Assembly: GCA_039028615.1 (NCBI GenBank)
Contig: JBCCHT010000040.1
Location: forward strand, 1-64,000
Direction: 5' to 3'
Source: Myxococcota bacterium
GTDB lineage: Bacteria > Myxococcota_A > Polyangia > Nannocystales > Nannocystaceae
Length of the DNA stretch: 64,000 nucleotides
In this document: positions 8,701-22,108 of the stretch, one piece after another
Layout of the letters: each line of letters starts with the position of its first letter
Position numbering within the stretch: position 1 is the first letter of the stretch
Translations under genes and position numbers: made by a program
The notes under the pieces: generated by a model
Database searches by the model: none
The model's input: the letters and a program-made list of their open reading frames with translations, nothing else
Told to the model about the DNA's origin: nothing

Positions 8701-9828
8701 CTAAAAGCGGCCGCGAAGCGAGACGCTGCCCGGACCGGCGCCGAACTGCAGCCTTCGCCGTCGCGCCGTCGTGGCGTCACCCTCGTCGCTGCCCTTACGG
8801 CGACGCGACGAGTTGAGCAGAATCGCGACACCCAGGGTGGTCAACGCTGCGCCCGCGATCGCGGTGCCGAGGACGATGGCCTCGGTGTTCCAGATCTCGG
8901 GGCAGTTGCCGGCCGCATCGGGGCTGTCGCAGCTGCCCCCGAGCGTGAACTCGGTCTCCATCTGGCCGATCACGGCGAAGCCGGTCGCCGCGCCGAGGCC
9001 CGCGATGCCGGCCCCGAGCGAGACCCAACCCCAAGGCCGCGAAGGCAACCGCGAGGGCACCTTTTCGAGTTCGAAGCTCTGGCTCTCCTCGATGCCTTCG
9101 ACGAAGGTGACCTCGCGCTCGACGGTGATGAAGCCGTCTTTGCTGATCCGCAGCACGTGCTTGCCGGGGATCACGGGAGCATCGAAGGGGGTGGTGCCCT
9201 TGAGTTCACCATCGATGCTGACCTGGGCTCCCTCGGGGTTGCTGGAGACGATCAGCGTCGCCGGGCCCTGCGCCAGGGCATCCAGCTTGGTGCGGAGGGT
9301 GGCGGCCGCGGCATCGATGAGGTCACCGACCTCGGCCACGCCGCAGATCTGACAGCTGTCCTCGGCGGTCGCGAGTTCGAACCCGGTGGCCCCGTCGGCG
9401 AGGCTCATCTCGACCCGATAGTCGCGGTCTTCGGCGTGCACCACTGCGCGCACGATGTGACTGGCGTCGGTCGCCTTGGCGATCTCTGCGTAGCACTCGG
9501 CGGCGCTGCAGGTGCCGGCCGAAGGCACGGCCGCGACGACCTCTCCGGGCTCGGCCACCTCGAAGTCACCGCGCTGAAGCCCTTCGACGAGCTTGCCGGT
9601 CAGCTGCTGCTGGTCGGCCTCGGGCATCTCGTCGCCCTCGACCACCAGCGGCAGGATTGCGGCGCGCGTATTCGGAGCGTCGGCATCGTCGCTACTGGCC
9701 GGCGCATCGGGAACCTCCGACGGCTGGGCAATGGCAACGGCAGGAAGCCCGGTCCCCATTACCCCGATCGACGCGGCAACGGCGACGAGCCTCGAATTCC
9801 ACGAAAGACGGCGCGGCTCAAAGCGCAT
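8701..9828 (-). CDS. PEGA domain-containing secreted/membrane protein
   Basis: Signal peptide, PEGA motif (LIVSSNPEGAQVSIDGELKGTTP...PGKHVLRISKDGF), C-terminal hydrophobic hairpin and terminal SLRGRF typical of myxobacterial PEGA proteins. Confidence 0.88.
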   Translation of the reverse strand: MRFEPRRLSWNSRLVAVAASIGVMGTGLPAVAIAQPSEVPDAPASSDDADAPNTRAAILPLVVEGDEMPEADQQQLTGKLVEGLQRGDFEVAEPGEVVAAVPSAGTCSAAECYAEIAKATDASHIVRAVVHAEDRDYRVEMSLADGATGFELATAEDSCQICGVAEVGDLIDAAAATLRTKLDALAQGPATLIVSSNPEGAQVSIDGELKGTTPFDAPVIPGKHVLRISKDGFITVEREVTFVEGIEESQSFELEKVPSRLPSRPWGWVSLGAGIAGLGAATGFAVIGQMETEFTLGGSCDSPDAAGNCPEIWNTEAIVLGTAIAGAALTTLGVAILLNSSRRRKGSDEGDATTARRRRLQFGAGPGSVSLRGRF

Positions 9829-9888
9829 CTTTCGAGACCCTATCACGCTTGACCCCCGAGCCACCACCGACGCACGCTGCCTCTGACG

Positions 9889-10743
9889 ATGACTGGAGGC
9901 GCTAGGGTGAACATCAAGCCAGCCAGGATTTCCCCCGTGAGAACGTGGTCCCGCTTGGTCTCCGGCATCGCCGTGGGCCTCGCCATGCTGGCTGCCCCGA
10001 CCGCCTGTGACAAACAGTCCCCGGCCGACCCACCCCCAGCCGCACAGGCCCCATCCGAGGCCACCCCCTCCCCAGACGCGTCGGAACGATGGCGTTTCCG
10101 CCCCACTTTAGACGCCAATCTTCCGTCGGGAGCCGTGGCCGAGCCGGTCCTGGAGCTGTCGGAGCCACGACAGCGATCGGTCGTCGTGCTGGCGGCGGTG
10201 CTGCGAGCGGGTGCGCCTCATGTCGAGCTCGAACGCTGGACGTACGAGCAGATCCCCAACAAGGAAGAAGGACTGCGCCTCGTGGACGAAGGTCAACCGA
10301 CGGTACGGCTGCGCCCGGGGGAGCGGTCGGATCTGCTCGGCGAGTTCCGCCGTCGGCTGGCGGCGCCGCGCGTGGTGGTGAACCGACCGGTAGGGTTGGC
10401 ACCGACGCCGGCCGAGCTGGTGTCGCAGCTCGCCACCGCCCTGGCCACCATCGACGACGCCGCCGCCTCTCCGCGAGACCGCGTCGTCGCCACGGCCACC
10501 GCGGTCCAAGGCCTCGACGATGCGCTCGTGCTCGAGCGAGAAGCGATCGGCCCGCTGCGTGCGGTCCTGGTCCCCGCGCCCGCGGCCGAGGCTCTGCAGA
10601 TCTCGCAACAGTCCACGCGACGCGCCACCGTCTCCTTCGAGGCCGAGGGCGGCACGGTGAGCTTGGGGCTGCAACGCAAGAGCGACGGCTGGGCGGTGGT
10701 CTCGGTCGAGCTGCCGCCCGTGGCAACCCCCACCGCGCCGTAG
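9889..10743 (+). CDS. Hypothetical lipoprotein (true start possibly GTG 9937)
   Basis: Signal peptide with lipobox PTA-C and a Pro-rich linker. It fills the gap between flanking genes. Confidence 0.7.
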   Translation: MTGGARVNIKPARISPVRTWSRLVSGIAVGLAMLAAPTACDKQSPADPPPAAQAPSEATPSPDASERWRFRPTLDANLPSGAVAEPVLELSEPRQRSVVVLAAVLRAGAPHVELERWTYEQIPNKEEGLRLVDEGQPTVRLRPGERSDLLGEFRRRLAAPRVVVNRPVGLAPTPAELVSQLATALATIDDAAASPRDRVVATATAVQGLDDALVLEREAIGPLRAVLVPAPAAEALQISQQSTRRATVSFEAEGGTVSLGLQRKSDGWAVVSVELPPVATPTAP

Positions 10744-10840
10744 TCCGCCGATGGCCAGGCCCGCCGCCGAAGTGCTCACCGGTCCGCCTTCGCGGTGGGT
10801 CGTTGCCTGGCTGGCCGAACACGACCCGAACTAGCGGCCG

Positions 10841-11857
10841 CTACTTCGGCCGATGCGCCACGAACAGGAAGAACGCCTCGCCCGGCAGCACGCGGCGCGG
10901 CGGCTCTGGCTCGAGCCCCGCGGCCTTCAGCGCCTGCACGACTGCATCCGCCTCGGGCAGCGGCCCGCACTCGCGTAGCGAGGAGAACCACACGTCCAGC
11001 ACGTTGGCGCCCAGCGTGCCGCCCTGACACATCGACGACAGCAGCACCGTGCCGCCCGGGTCGACCCAGCTCGCCACCCGCTCGATCACCGCGGCCCGCT
11101 CGTCGGTGGGCACGTAGTAGATCAGGTTGAACATCGTCACCCGATCGAAGCGCTCGTCGAGCTCGACCGTACGCAGGTCTCCGGCGATGGCCCGTGCCCG
11201 CGACTCGAGCCCGGCTTCGTTCAACGTGCGCTGGGCATGCTCGGCGACGGCCGGATCGAGATCGACGCCCACCGCCTTCAGCTGCGAGTTCTGAGCGCAG
11301 GCATGCCGGATGTAGCGGCCGTTGCCGCAGCCCAGCTCGAGCCAACGACACTCCCCTTCGGCCGGGGCGTACTCCTCGACGATCTCCAGCAGTGCGGGCG
11401 CGGCCAGCTCGGAGACGCGGGCCACCAGCCCGTGGTCGATCTGAGCCAGGCTCCGACCGGTCTGCACGTGGTCCAGCGCCCCGTAGATGCCCTCGTGATG
11501 GATCGCGACCAGGGCCTCGGCCAGCGCGGCTACGATTTCCTCGGCGGGGTCGGCGAGGCCCCGGGCCAGCGCGCCGCGCAGGCCGTAGCGCTCACCGTCG
11601 AGCCGGATCTCCTTGAGCAGGCAGCCGTGCCGCAGCCACGCCCAGACCATCTTCTCGCGCTCGGCTGGCGCATCGAGGTGGGCCATGATCTCGGCCAGCG
11701 TCTTGGGCTCGCGGAGCAAGCGGAGCACGCCGTGCCGACTCGCGGCCGCGACCCAGGCCACCCGGTGCACGGGGAACATGAGGCGAATCGTGCGAAGGTA
11801 GCGAAGCACCGAGTCGCCGGGCTTCATCATCTTCCAGATCGTGGAGAGCTTCGCCAT
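10841..11857 (-). CDS. Class I SAM-dependent methyltransferase with N-terminal dimerisation/HTH region
   Basis: WLELGCGNG motif I, GVDLD, GDLR and FDRVTMFNLIYY. Confidence 0.9.
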   Translation of the reverse strand: MAKLSTIWKMMKPGDSVLRYLRTIRLMFPVHRVAWVAAASRHGVLRLLREPKTLAEIMAHLDAPAEREKMVWAWLRHGCLLKEIRLDGERYGLRGALARGLADPAEEIVAALAEALVAIHHEGIYGALDHVQTGRSLAQIDHGLVARVSELAAPALLEIVEEYAPAEGECRWLELGCGNGRYIRHACAQNSQLKAVGVDLDPAVAEHAQRTLNEAGLESRARAIAGDLRTVELDERFDRVTMFNLIYYVPTDERAAVIERVASWVDPGGTVLLSSMCQGGTLGANVLDVWFSSLRECGPLPEADAVVQALKAAGLEPEPPRRVLPGEAFFLFVAHRPK

Positions 11858-11885
11858 GGTCACCCGCGGGCGGAGGCCGGCCCGG

Positions 11886-13031
11886 TCACTGTTTTCCGAC
11901 CTTGCCTTGGCGCTGATAGATCTCGACCCACTTTTCGTGCTCGGCCACCGACTTGCTGAACTCGTGGGTCCCGTCGTTGCGGGCGACGAAGTACAGATAT
12001 CGCGACTTGGTGGGGGCGAACACGGCCTCGAGCGCCTGCCGCCCGGGGTTGGAGATGGGGCCCGGCGGGAGCCCTTCGTGGGCGTAGGTGCTGTACGGGT
12101 TCTCTTTGTCCCGCAGCTGCGCCGTACGAATGCGATCGGTGAACTTCTGGCACGCGGCCGACTTTTCCTGCGGCACCACGCACCCGTACACGATCGTGGG
12201 GTCGGTCTGGAGGAGCTTGGGCGAGAAGCTGGGGAAGCGCAGTCGATTGAGGAACACCCCCGCGATGAGCGGTCGCTCCTGCTTGGCCGCGGTCTCCTTT
12301 TCCACGATGGAGGCCAGCGTGACGATCTGGTGGTCGCCCCAGCCGAGCTGCTGGTCGAGCGCCCGCGCCTCGGGTCGGTAGCGACGACGCAGGTCGGCGA
12401 AGACCTCGCGGTGCCGACGGACCAGGCGCTTCACCGCCTCTTTGGGCGTGGCGTTGGCCCGGAACTTATAGGTGTCGGGGAACAGGTAGCCCTCGGCGGT
12501 CGGCCCCGCAATGCCCAGCTCGGCCAGGAATTCTTTGTCCCGCAGCACGGCCTCGATCTCGTCGGCGTCGCCCAAGCCGGCCTTCGCGAGGATCTCCGCC
12601 ACCTCGAGGATGTGCTTGCCCTCGGGGATGGTGACCTTGATCTCCTTGGCCTTCTGCTTGCGTGCGAGCTCCTCGAGGATCTCGGCCGGGGTCATGTCGC
12701 CGCGAAACTGGTGCGGCCCGGCGGTGGTCTTGCGCGCCGCTCCCTCGTGCAGCACGTAGATCTTGAAGTAGCCCGATTCCTCCTCGGCGATGACCCCCTG
12801 CTCGACGAGCAGCTCGAGTACCTGGGGGAACGAAGCGCCGCGGGGGATCTCGACGTCGATGATCTCGGCGCTGCCCTGCCCGGGGCGCTCGGGGTACGCG
12901 ACGAGGCGGGTGTACGCGCGGTGCAGCGACCACACGGCCAGCCCGAGGGCGACCACCACCACCAGCAACGCCCATCGCTGGGCTCGCCGCGAGCGTCGCG
13001 GCTTCCACCAGGGGCGACGCTTGCGACTCAC
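11886..13031 (-). CDS. mltG: Endolytic transglycosylase MltG
   Basis: N-terminal TM, VTIPEG, EGYLFPDTY, LASIVEKET, LQTDPT, GLPPGPISNPG and YLYFVA. Confidence 0.97.
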   Translation of the reverse strand: MSRKRRPWWKPRRSRRAQRWALLVVVVALGLAVWSLHRAYTRLVAYPERPGQGSAEIIDVEIPRGASFPQVLELLVEQGVIAEEESGYFKIYVLHEGAARKTTAGPHQFRGDMTPAEILEELARKQKAKEIKVTIPEGKHILEVAEILAKAGLGDADEIEAVLRDKEFLAELGIAGPTAEGYLFPDTYKFRANATPKEAVKRLVRRHREVFADLRRRYRPEARALDQQLGWGDHQIVTLASIVEKETAAKQERPLIAGVFLNRLRFPSFSPKLLQTDPTIVYGCVVPQEKSAACQKFTDRIRTAQLRDKENPYSTYAHEGLPPGPISNPGRQALEAVFAPTKSRYLYFVARNDGTHEFSKSVAEHEKWVEIYQRQGKVGKQ

Positions 13032-13474
13032 GGACGGACCTCCGCGTCGCGGCGGGAGTCGAGCCAGCCCTGCAAGATCACCTGGGCCGCCACCGCGTCG
13101 ATCTTTTCGGCTCGACGCGCGCGCGACATGTCGGCTTCCTTGAGGACCCGCTCCGCCGCCGCGGTGGAGAAGCGCTCGTCCCAGGTAACCACCGGGATCG
13201 GATCGCCGGGGCGCGCCTCCAGACGCTCGCGTAGGACCTCGGCCAGGCGCAGCACTCGGCGGGCGCGTCGGCCCTCGCGGCCATCGAGCTCCAGGGGGAG
13301 GCCGACCACCACGTGCCCGACCTCCCGCGCCTCGATGCGCGCCACGAGTTCGGTCACATCTGCGGCCTCACCGCTGCGTCGGAGGGTCTCCCAGGCGCTG
13401 GCCACGATTCCGTCGGGATCGCTGAGCGCGAGGCCGATGGTGCGTGTGCCGACGTCGAGGGCAAGAGCCCGCAT
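13028..13474 (-). CDS. ruvX: Holliday junction resolvase-like / pre-16S rRNA nuclease RuvX (YqgF)
   Basis: LALDVGTRTIGLALSD, VVGLP, WDERFST and IDAVAAQVILQGWLD. Conserved ruvX-mltG gene order. Confidence 0.95.
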   Translation of the reverse strand: MRALALDVGTRTIGLALSDPDGIVASAWETLRRSGEAADVTELVARIEAREVGHVVVGLPLELDGREGRRARRVLRLAEVLRERLEARPGDPIPVVTWDERFSTAAAERVLKEADMSRARRAEKIDAVAAQVILQGWLDSRRDAEVRP

Positions 13475-13538
13475 GGGCGGGTTTGTAGCACGAGCGGGGC
13501 TTGGCCCGAGGCTCGGTCGGGGGCATGCTCCGGCCACC

Positions 13539-14618
13539 GTGCCTTTCGTTGCAAGCCTCGCCACCGGCCGTTTCCTTCGCCTCGCGACGCTCTCGGGTGT
13601 GCTCGTCGCACTCGCCGCTTGCCCCACGGCCTCGCCCACGCCCCAGCCGCAGCCCAAGGCCCAACCGAAGAAGACGGCGCCCGCTCCCACGCCGACCCCG
13701 ACGCCCGCCGCCGATGGTTCGGCCGACGCGACGCCGACCCCGGCCGCTGCCGACGACTCGCTGCCGTCCGAGCTGCGCGGCGACGAGGTGCCCGAGGGAG
13801 CGCGGGTCCTGTGGCGCGCCCTCGAGGAGATCGACCACGGGAATCCCGATGCCATGGGGGCCGCGATGTTGACCAGCGCCCGGTGGTTTCCCCCGGGAAG
13901 TGCCGCTGAATCGATCGGCAACGACGACGGGACGATCGTGCGGGGCATGAAGCCGTGGGCGGCCCGGGACCTGGCACTGGACATCCGCCGCGTGATCGAC
14001 CTCGGCGGCAACCCGCTCGTCGTCCAGCTCTCCGTCGACAAGACCACCGATCCCAACCTTCGTTTCGATCTGGTGTTGCTCGTGGACTTCAAAGAGGACG
14101 AGATCGCCTCTGTACGGCAGTACGGCGACCCGCTGGGCCCGGTTCGAAGCCGCGCCGAGGACACCGAGCGCACCCTCGATCTCGGCCCGCCGAGCCCGAT
14201 CGAGATGGTGCACGGCGAGCCCAACCTCGACCATGTGAAGGCCGCCAAGGCGCATCTCGAGGCGCAGAACGGGTCATTGGACGATCTCGCGCCTCTGCTC
14301 GGCGACGATGCCGTGCTTCACGACGTCACCGTTCGCCGCACGCGGAACGGCAAAAAGGACTACCAGCAGGGCTACCAGCTCACCCTGGGTGACAAAGGCT
14401 CGGTCCAAGCGGTGCGCATGCACGCCGCGGGCGACTTCGTGATGGTCGAGGGCGCGGTCCACGGCCGAGTGAGCGCCGACGATGGATCGCCACGCGAATA
14501 CGGCTACGTCGACATCCATCGGTTCGAAGACGGCCTGATCGCGGAGACCTGGCACTACGTCAATCTCCGCGGACGGCCGTCCCGGCCGGGTACGCGGGTG
14601 GCCGTGCCCGCGGGCTGA
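13539..14618 (+). CDS. Lipoprotein with two SnoaL/NTF2-like domains
   Basis: Lipobox LAA-C, Pro-rich linker and NTF2-type C-terminus (VDIHRFEDGLIAETWHY). The long 5' extension of the called ORF is antisense to mltG/ruvX. Confidence 0.75.
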   Translation: MPFVASLATGRFLRLATLSGVLVALAACPTASPTPQPQPKAQPKKTAPAPTPTPTPAADGSADATPTPAAADDSLPSELRGDEVPEGARVLWRALEEIDHGNPDAMGAAMLTSARWFPPGSAAESIGNDDGTIVRGMKPWAARDLALDIRRVIDLGGNPLVVQLSVDKTTDPNLRFDLVLLVDFKEDEIASVRQYGDPLGPVRSRAEDTERTLDLGPPSPIEMVHGEPNLDHVKAAKAHLEAQNGSLDDLAPLLGDDAVLHDVTVRRTRNGKKDYQQGYQLTLGDKGSVQAVRMHAAGDFVMVEGAVHGRVSADDGSPREYGYVDIHRFEDGLIAETWHYVNLRGRPSRPGTRVAVPAG

Positions 14619-14809
14619 GCCCTCCGTCTCCACCCGGTCACAAAACAGCTTCGGGAGTCTCTACCTCCTCGATGCCCAGATCCGGGGGCGGCGGGCCCCA
14701 TCGAGCATACCGACAGGGACTCACACCGGGCACGGACGGGCGACCGACTGCCGGCCTCGCGGATTCGTTCGCCGTGGTGCCCAACTGCGTTAGCATCTCG
14801 GTTCCACTC

Positions 14810-17800
14810 GTGGTCGACCCTAGTTCCAACCCTGCCAAGGCACCGCTTCCGCCCGGCATCCCGAACATCAGCGGAACGGTGCTCGACGGCCGCTACGAAA
14901 TCGGCTCGGTCTTGGGCGCGGGTGGCATGGGTGCGGTGTTCGAGGCTCGGCACCTCCGACTCGATCGTCGCGTGGCGGTCAAGGTGCTCAAGCCGACCTT
15001 GATGCACCGCGACGACTACGTCGCCCGCTTCCTTCGCGAGGCACGAGCGGCATCAAAGATTCAGCACCCCAACGTCGTCGAGATCATCGACTACGGCGAG
15101 ATGACCGACCGCACCGTCTACACGGTGATGGAGCTGCTGATCGGCGAGGACCTCTCCCGTCGGCTCAAGCGCTCGGGGCGCATGAACTGGGCCCAGTCGC
15201 GATGGATCTTGGTGCAGATCGTGCGGGCTCTGCATGCCGCCCACTCTCAGGGAATCATCCACCGCGACATCAAGCCGGCGAACTGCTTCATCGTCGCCGG
15301 CATGGCGGGACAAGAGCTGGTCAAGGTCCTCGACTTCGGCATCGCCAAGCTCGACGAGGCGACGGCCGGCGATCAACGCGTGCTCACCGGGACCTCCGAG
15401 ATCCTGGGAACGCCGAGCTACATGGCGCCCGAGATGGCCCGCGGGATCTCGGCCGATGCCCGCTCCGAGGTCTACTCGGTGGGCGTCCTGGCCTACCGCA
15501 TGCTCGCGGGCAAGGTCCCCTTCGACGGCAACAATGCCTTCGACGTGCTGCTGCAGCACGCGACCCAGCCCGCCCCTCCGCTCGACAAGGCTGCGCCCGA
15601 CGTCCCGCCCGCGGTGGTGAAGTTGGTGCACGACCTGCTCGAGAAGGACCCCGAGGTTCGCCCGCAAGACATGGCCAAGGTCGAGGAGCTGATGCTCGCG
15701 CTCGATCTCAACGGCCAGCCCTGCGCGTCGACGGCTCATCCCGTCTATCCCGTGCACCCGTCGTCGAGCGGCTCGGCTCCGATGTCCCCGTCGGCGATCG
15801 GCTCGGGCATTCACCCCACGCCATCGGGTTCGCTGTCGATCCCCTCGCCCGCCAAGGCGCTCGCCAACGCCAAGCTCGGTGCGCGGGGCATGACGGTGCC
15901 GCCCGCGGGGGGTGGTCGAGCGGCTCGTCCCGCGTCGAGTGCCGTGGCGGCCAAGCCGGCCGCGCCTCCGCTGCGACCTCCCACCGGGAGCCGTCCGGCT
16001 GCTCCAGCTCCGCCGGCCACCGGACGTCCGAACCCGCCGGGGGCTGCGGCCGCCGCTCGCCCCTCGCGTCCAGACAAGACCGAGTTCGTCGCGGCGCCGA
16101 TCCGACCGCCGGGCGCCAAGAAACCCGGCGGCCCCGTGCTCCCCGGTGGCGGTAAGAAGCCCGCCTTCGCCAAGCCGGCCGCGCCTCGCTTGGGTACCCC
16201 TGGGGCTGGTCCCGCCGCGCCCAGGCCCGCGCCGCCGCAGCCGATCAAGCCTCCCGGGGCTCCGCGCCCGCCCGCCGCGGCCGCTCCTGCTCGTCCGGCT
16301 TCGGTCCCCGCTCGAGCTCCGACTCCGGCTCCACCGCCCGCGGCCGCACCGAAGCCGGCGCCCGTGCTCACTCCGGCGCCCGCCCCCGTGGCTGCGCCTG
16401 CGCCCGCTCCCGCGCCGATGCCGGCCACCGCCGACAAGACGGTCATGGCTCCCGCGCCGACCGGACCGTCACCGTCGACACCCCGGGTCCCGCCGGCCGC
16501 AGCCCAGGCTCCCGTCGATCGCACCGTCGTGCACTACGTCGACACGCCCGGACAATCGGGCGCCATGCCGAGTGCCCCGGCCGGGGGTGGGGTCGATCAT
16601 ACCGTCGTGCACGCGGCTCCGGCCGGGCCCGGCGGTGGCTCGGCCAACGTCGATCGCACCGTCGTGCACATGATGGACGGCTCCGTGCCGCCCGCGTCCA
16701 ACGTCGATCGCACCGTCCTGCACGCGGCGCCCGACTTCAGTGACGACGGCACCACCGACCTGCTCGCCGAGCGCACCATGATCCATGCGCCGCCCGAGGG
16801 CGTGACCGGTGGCGCCGCGGGTGGCGGTCGCAAGCGCACCCTGATGCTCGATGGCCCGCCCGCGGGCAAGGACATGGCCGACCGGACCATGATCCTCGAT
16901 TCCGCGGCCGGCAATCCGCTCGAGCAGCTCGCCCAGGCCAACCATGGCCCCGACCTCAGCGGTGGCACGCAGATCGTCGAGATGGACGACGCGACTCGCG
17001 CGCAGTTCCTCGCTGCCGCCGGGATCCAGCCGGGAGGCCAAGCCGCCCCGGCCGTGGCCCAAGGAGTTCCGCAGACGAACCCGCCCCCGGGCAACCCCGC
17101 GGTGCAGGCTCCCACCAACCCGCCGCCGGGCATGGCCCCCGTCGGCTACGGTGCCGGTGTTGCGGCTTCAGGGCCGATTCCCATCCACGATCCCAACGCC
17201 GACAGCGGAGGCATGGGCACGGGACGCTGGGCCCTCATCGCGGTGTTCGGCGCTCTGCTGGCCATCGGGGCGGGTGGGTTGCTGGCCTGGGTCCTGTTCT
17301 CCGGCGACGACAAAGACGACGTCGCCGCCAAGAGCAGTGACGAAGCCAAGGCGGACTCCGCCGACGAGAGCACGCCCGCTGCCGCCGACGAACCGAAGGA
17401 GGGCGACGATGCGGCGCCCTCCGACGACGCCGCTGCGCCCGACGACGCCGGCGACCCGGCCGAGGCCCCGCCCGTGCCCAGCGGCGCGCCGCCTCCCCTC
17501 GAAGCGCTGGGTGAGCCCGACCCGGAGCCCGAGCCTCAGCCCGAACGGCTTCCCGACATCGAGCCCGACCCGGAGCCCGAGCCCGAGCCCAGCATCGAGC
17601 CGGAGCCGGAGCCGGAGCCGGAGCCCAAGCCCAAGCCGGCCTCCACCAAGCCCAAGGGGCCCCCGTCGGATCCCGCGGTCAAAAAGCGCATTGCCCGGAC
17701 CGCGGCCAAGAAGTGCAAGCCGACCAAGAACTACAACGCCACGTTTTTGATCATGATGGACGGCAGCCTCAAGCTCGCCGGCGTCACGCCCAAGGACTCG

Positions 17801-17893
17801 GTCGGCAACTGCATCCTCGGGGTCGTCAATGCCAAGGGTAAGTTCCGCAAGCGTTCCACGCCCAAGCGGGACCGCATGACGATCTCCGGCTGA
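14810..17893 (+). CDS. Transmembrane Ser/Thr protein kinase with Pro/Ala-rich linker and TonB-like periplasmic tail
   Basis: GAGGMG, VAVK, HRDIKPAN, DFG and APE kinase motifs; TM segment WALIAVFGALLAIGAGGLLAWVLF; an (EP)n(KP)n spacer and a small Cys-paired C-terminal domain. Start approximate. Confidence 0.92.
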   Translation: MVDPSSNPAKAPLPPGIPNISGTVLDGRYEIGSVLGAGGMGAVFEARHLRLDRRVAVKVLKPTLMHRDDYVARFLREARAASKIQHPNVVEIIDYGEMTDRTVYTVMELLIGEDLSRRLKRSGRMNWAQSRWILVQIVRALHAAHSQGIIHRDIKPANCFIVAGMAGQELVKVLDFGIAKLDEATAGDQRVLTGTSEILGTPSYMAPEMARGISADARSEVYSVGVLAYRMLAGKVPFDGNNAFDVLLQHATQPAPPLDKAAPDVPPAVVKLVHDLLEKDPEVRPQDMAKVEELMLALDLNGQPCASTAHPVYPVHPSSSGSAPMSPSAIGSGIHPTPSGSLSIPSPAKALANAKLGARGMTVPPAGGGRAARPASSAVAAKPAAPPLRPPTGSRPAAPAPPATGRPNPPGAAAAARPSRPDKTEFVAAPIRPPGAKKPGGPVLPGGGKKPAFAKPAAPRLGTPGAGPAAPRPAPPQPIKPPGAPRPPAAAAPARPASVPARAPTPAPPPAAAPKPAPVLTPAPAPVAAPAPAPAPMPATADKTVMAPAPTGPSPSTPRVPPAAAQAPVDRTVVHYVDTPGQSGAMPSAPAGGGVDHTVVHAAPAGPGGGSANVDRTVVHMMDGSVPPASNVDRTVLHAAPDFSDDGTTDLLAERTMIHAPPEGVTGGAAGGGRKRTLMLDGPPAGKDMADRTMILDSAAGNPLEQLAQANHGPDLSGGTQIVEMDDATRAQFLAAAGIQPGGQAAPAVAQGVPQTNPPPGNPAVQAPTNPPPGMAPVGYGAGVAASGPIPIHDPNADSGGMGTGRWALIAVFGALLAIGAGGLLAWVLFSGDDKDDVAAKSSDEAKADSADESTPAAADEPKEGDDAAPSDDAAAPDDAGDPAEAPPVPSGAPPPLEALGEPDPEPEPQPERLPDIEPDPEPEPEPSIEPEPEPEPEPKPKPASTKPKGPPSDPAVKKRIARTAAKKCKPTKNYNATFLIMMDGSLKLAGVTPKDSVGNCILGVVNAKGKFRKRSTPKRDRMTISG

Positions 17894-18149
17894 AGCCCGT
17901 CGCTGCTGCGTGGTGAGTCGCGCACGAGCGCGCGACGACCCGTCGGTCCGTTTCACGCTTGCTCGTGGCCATTCCACCCCGTCCACGCGACGTGCGCTTG
18001 GCCACGTGTCGCACATCCTTGCCCCGGGTCCGCATCCAACGCGAAAACGCGCCCCTCGGCGGTCGAGCGATTTCCGCCCAAAACGAGGGCGACAAACCCT
18101 TCAGATCGATTGTGGGCCTGGTGCCCAGGTGCTTTCATGGGGCAACCCC

Positions 18150-21764
<3,615 letters not shown>

Positions 21765-21789
21765 CGTCTGTTTTGCTCGGGAATTGGGT

Positions 21790-22108
21790 GTTGGCTTTGG
21801 TGGGGGAGTGCTCTTGCGCAGGGGTGCTTGCTTGGAGTTGCGTCGGCGAATGTTCGAGCGGAGGGCTCGCCTGTTGACGGCTGGAACCCTCCCCGGACGT
21901 GCTCGGCGGCCGTGATACCCGAGTGTTTCGCGACGGTCGTCGGCGGCCACCTCCGCGCGACCGGGCCCCCTCCATCCTACGCGGCTTCGCTTCAGCCCTC
22001 CCCGTGCGGCCTGCCCCGTGCGGAGATTGGCCGGGTTGTGCTCTTCGCCTGCGATGGCTTGCTTGGAGTTGCATCGGTGAAATGTTCGAACGGGGGGGCT
22101 CGCTTGTT
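21790..22108 (-). repeat. Copy B of the ~232-bp repeat (one full unit plus the tail of a second), inverted
   Basis: Reverse complement of the core lies at ~21863-22003. The junction motif TTCGAACATTTC-CCGA-GCAACTCCAAGCA occurs twice (~21830-21857 and ~22060-22090). Confidence 0.92.

Noticed and set aside
11841..13538. N-terminal 566 aa of the 925-aa plus-strand ORF
   Set aside because: It is antisense to mltG and ruvX. Only the part from ~13539 (lipobox, SnoaL-like domains) is credible.
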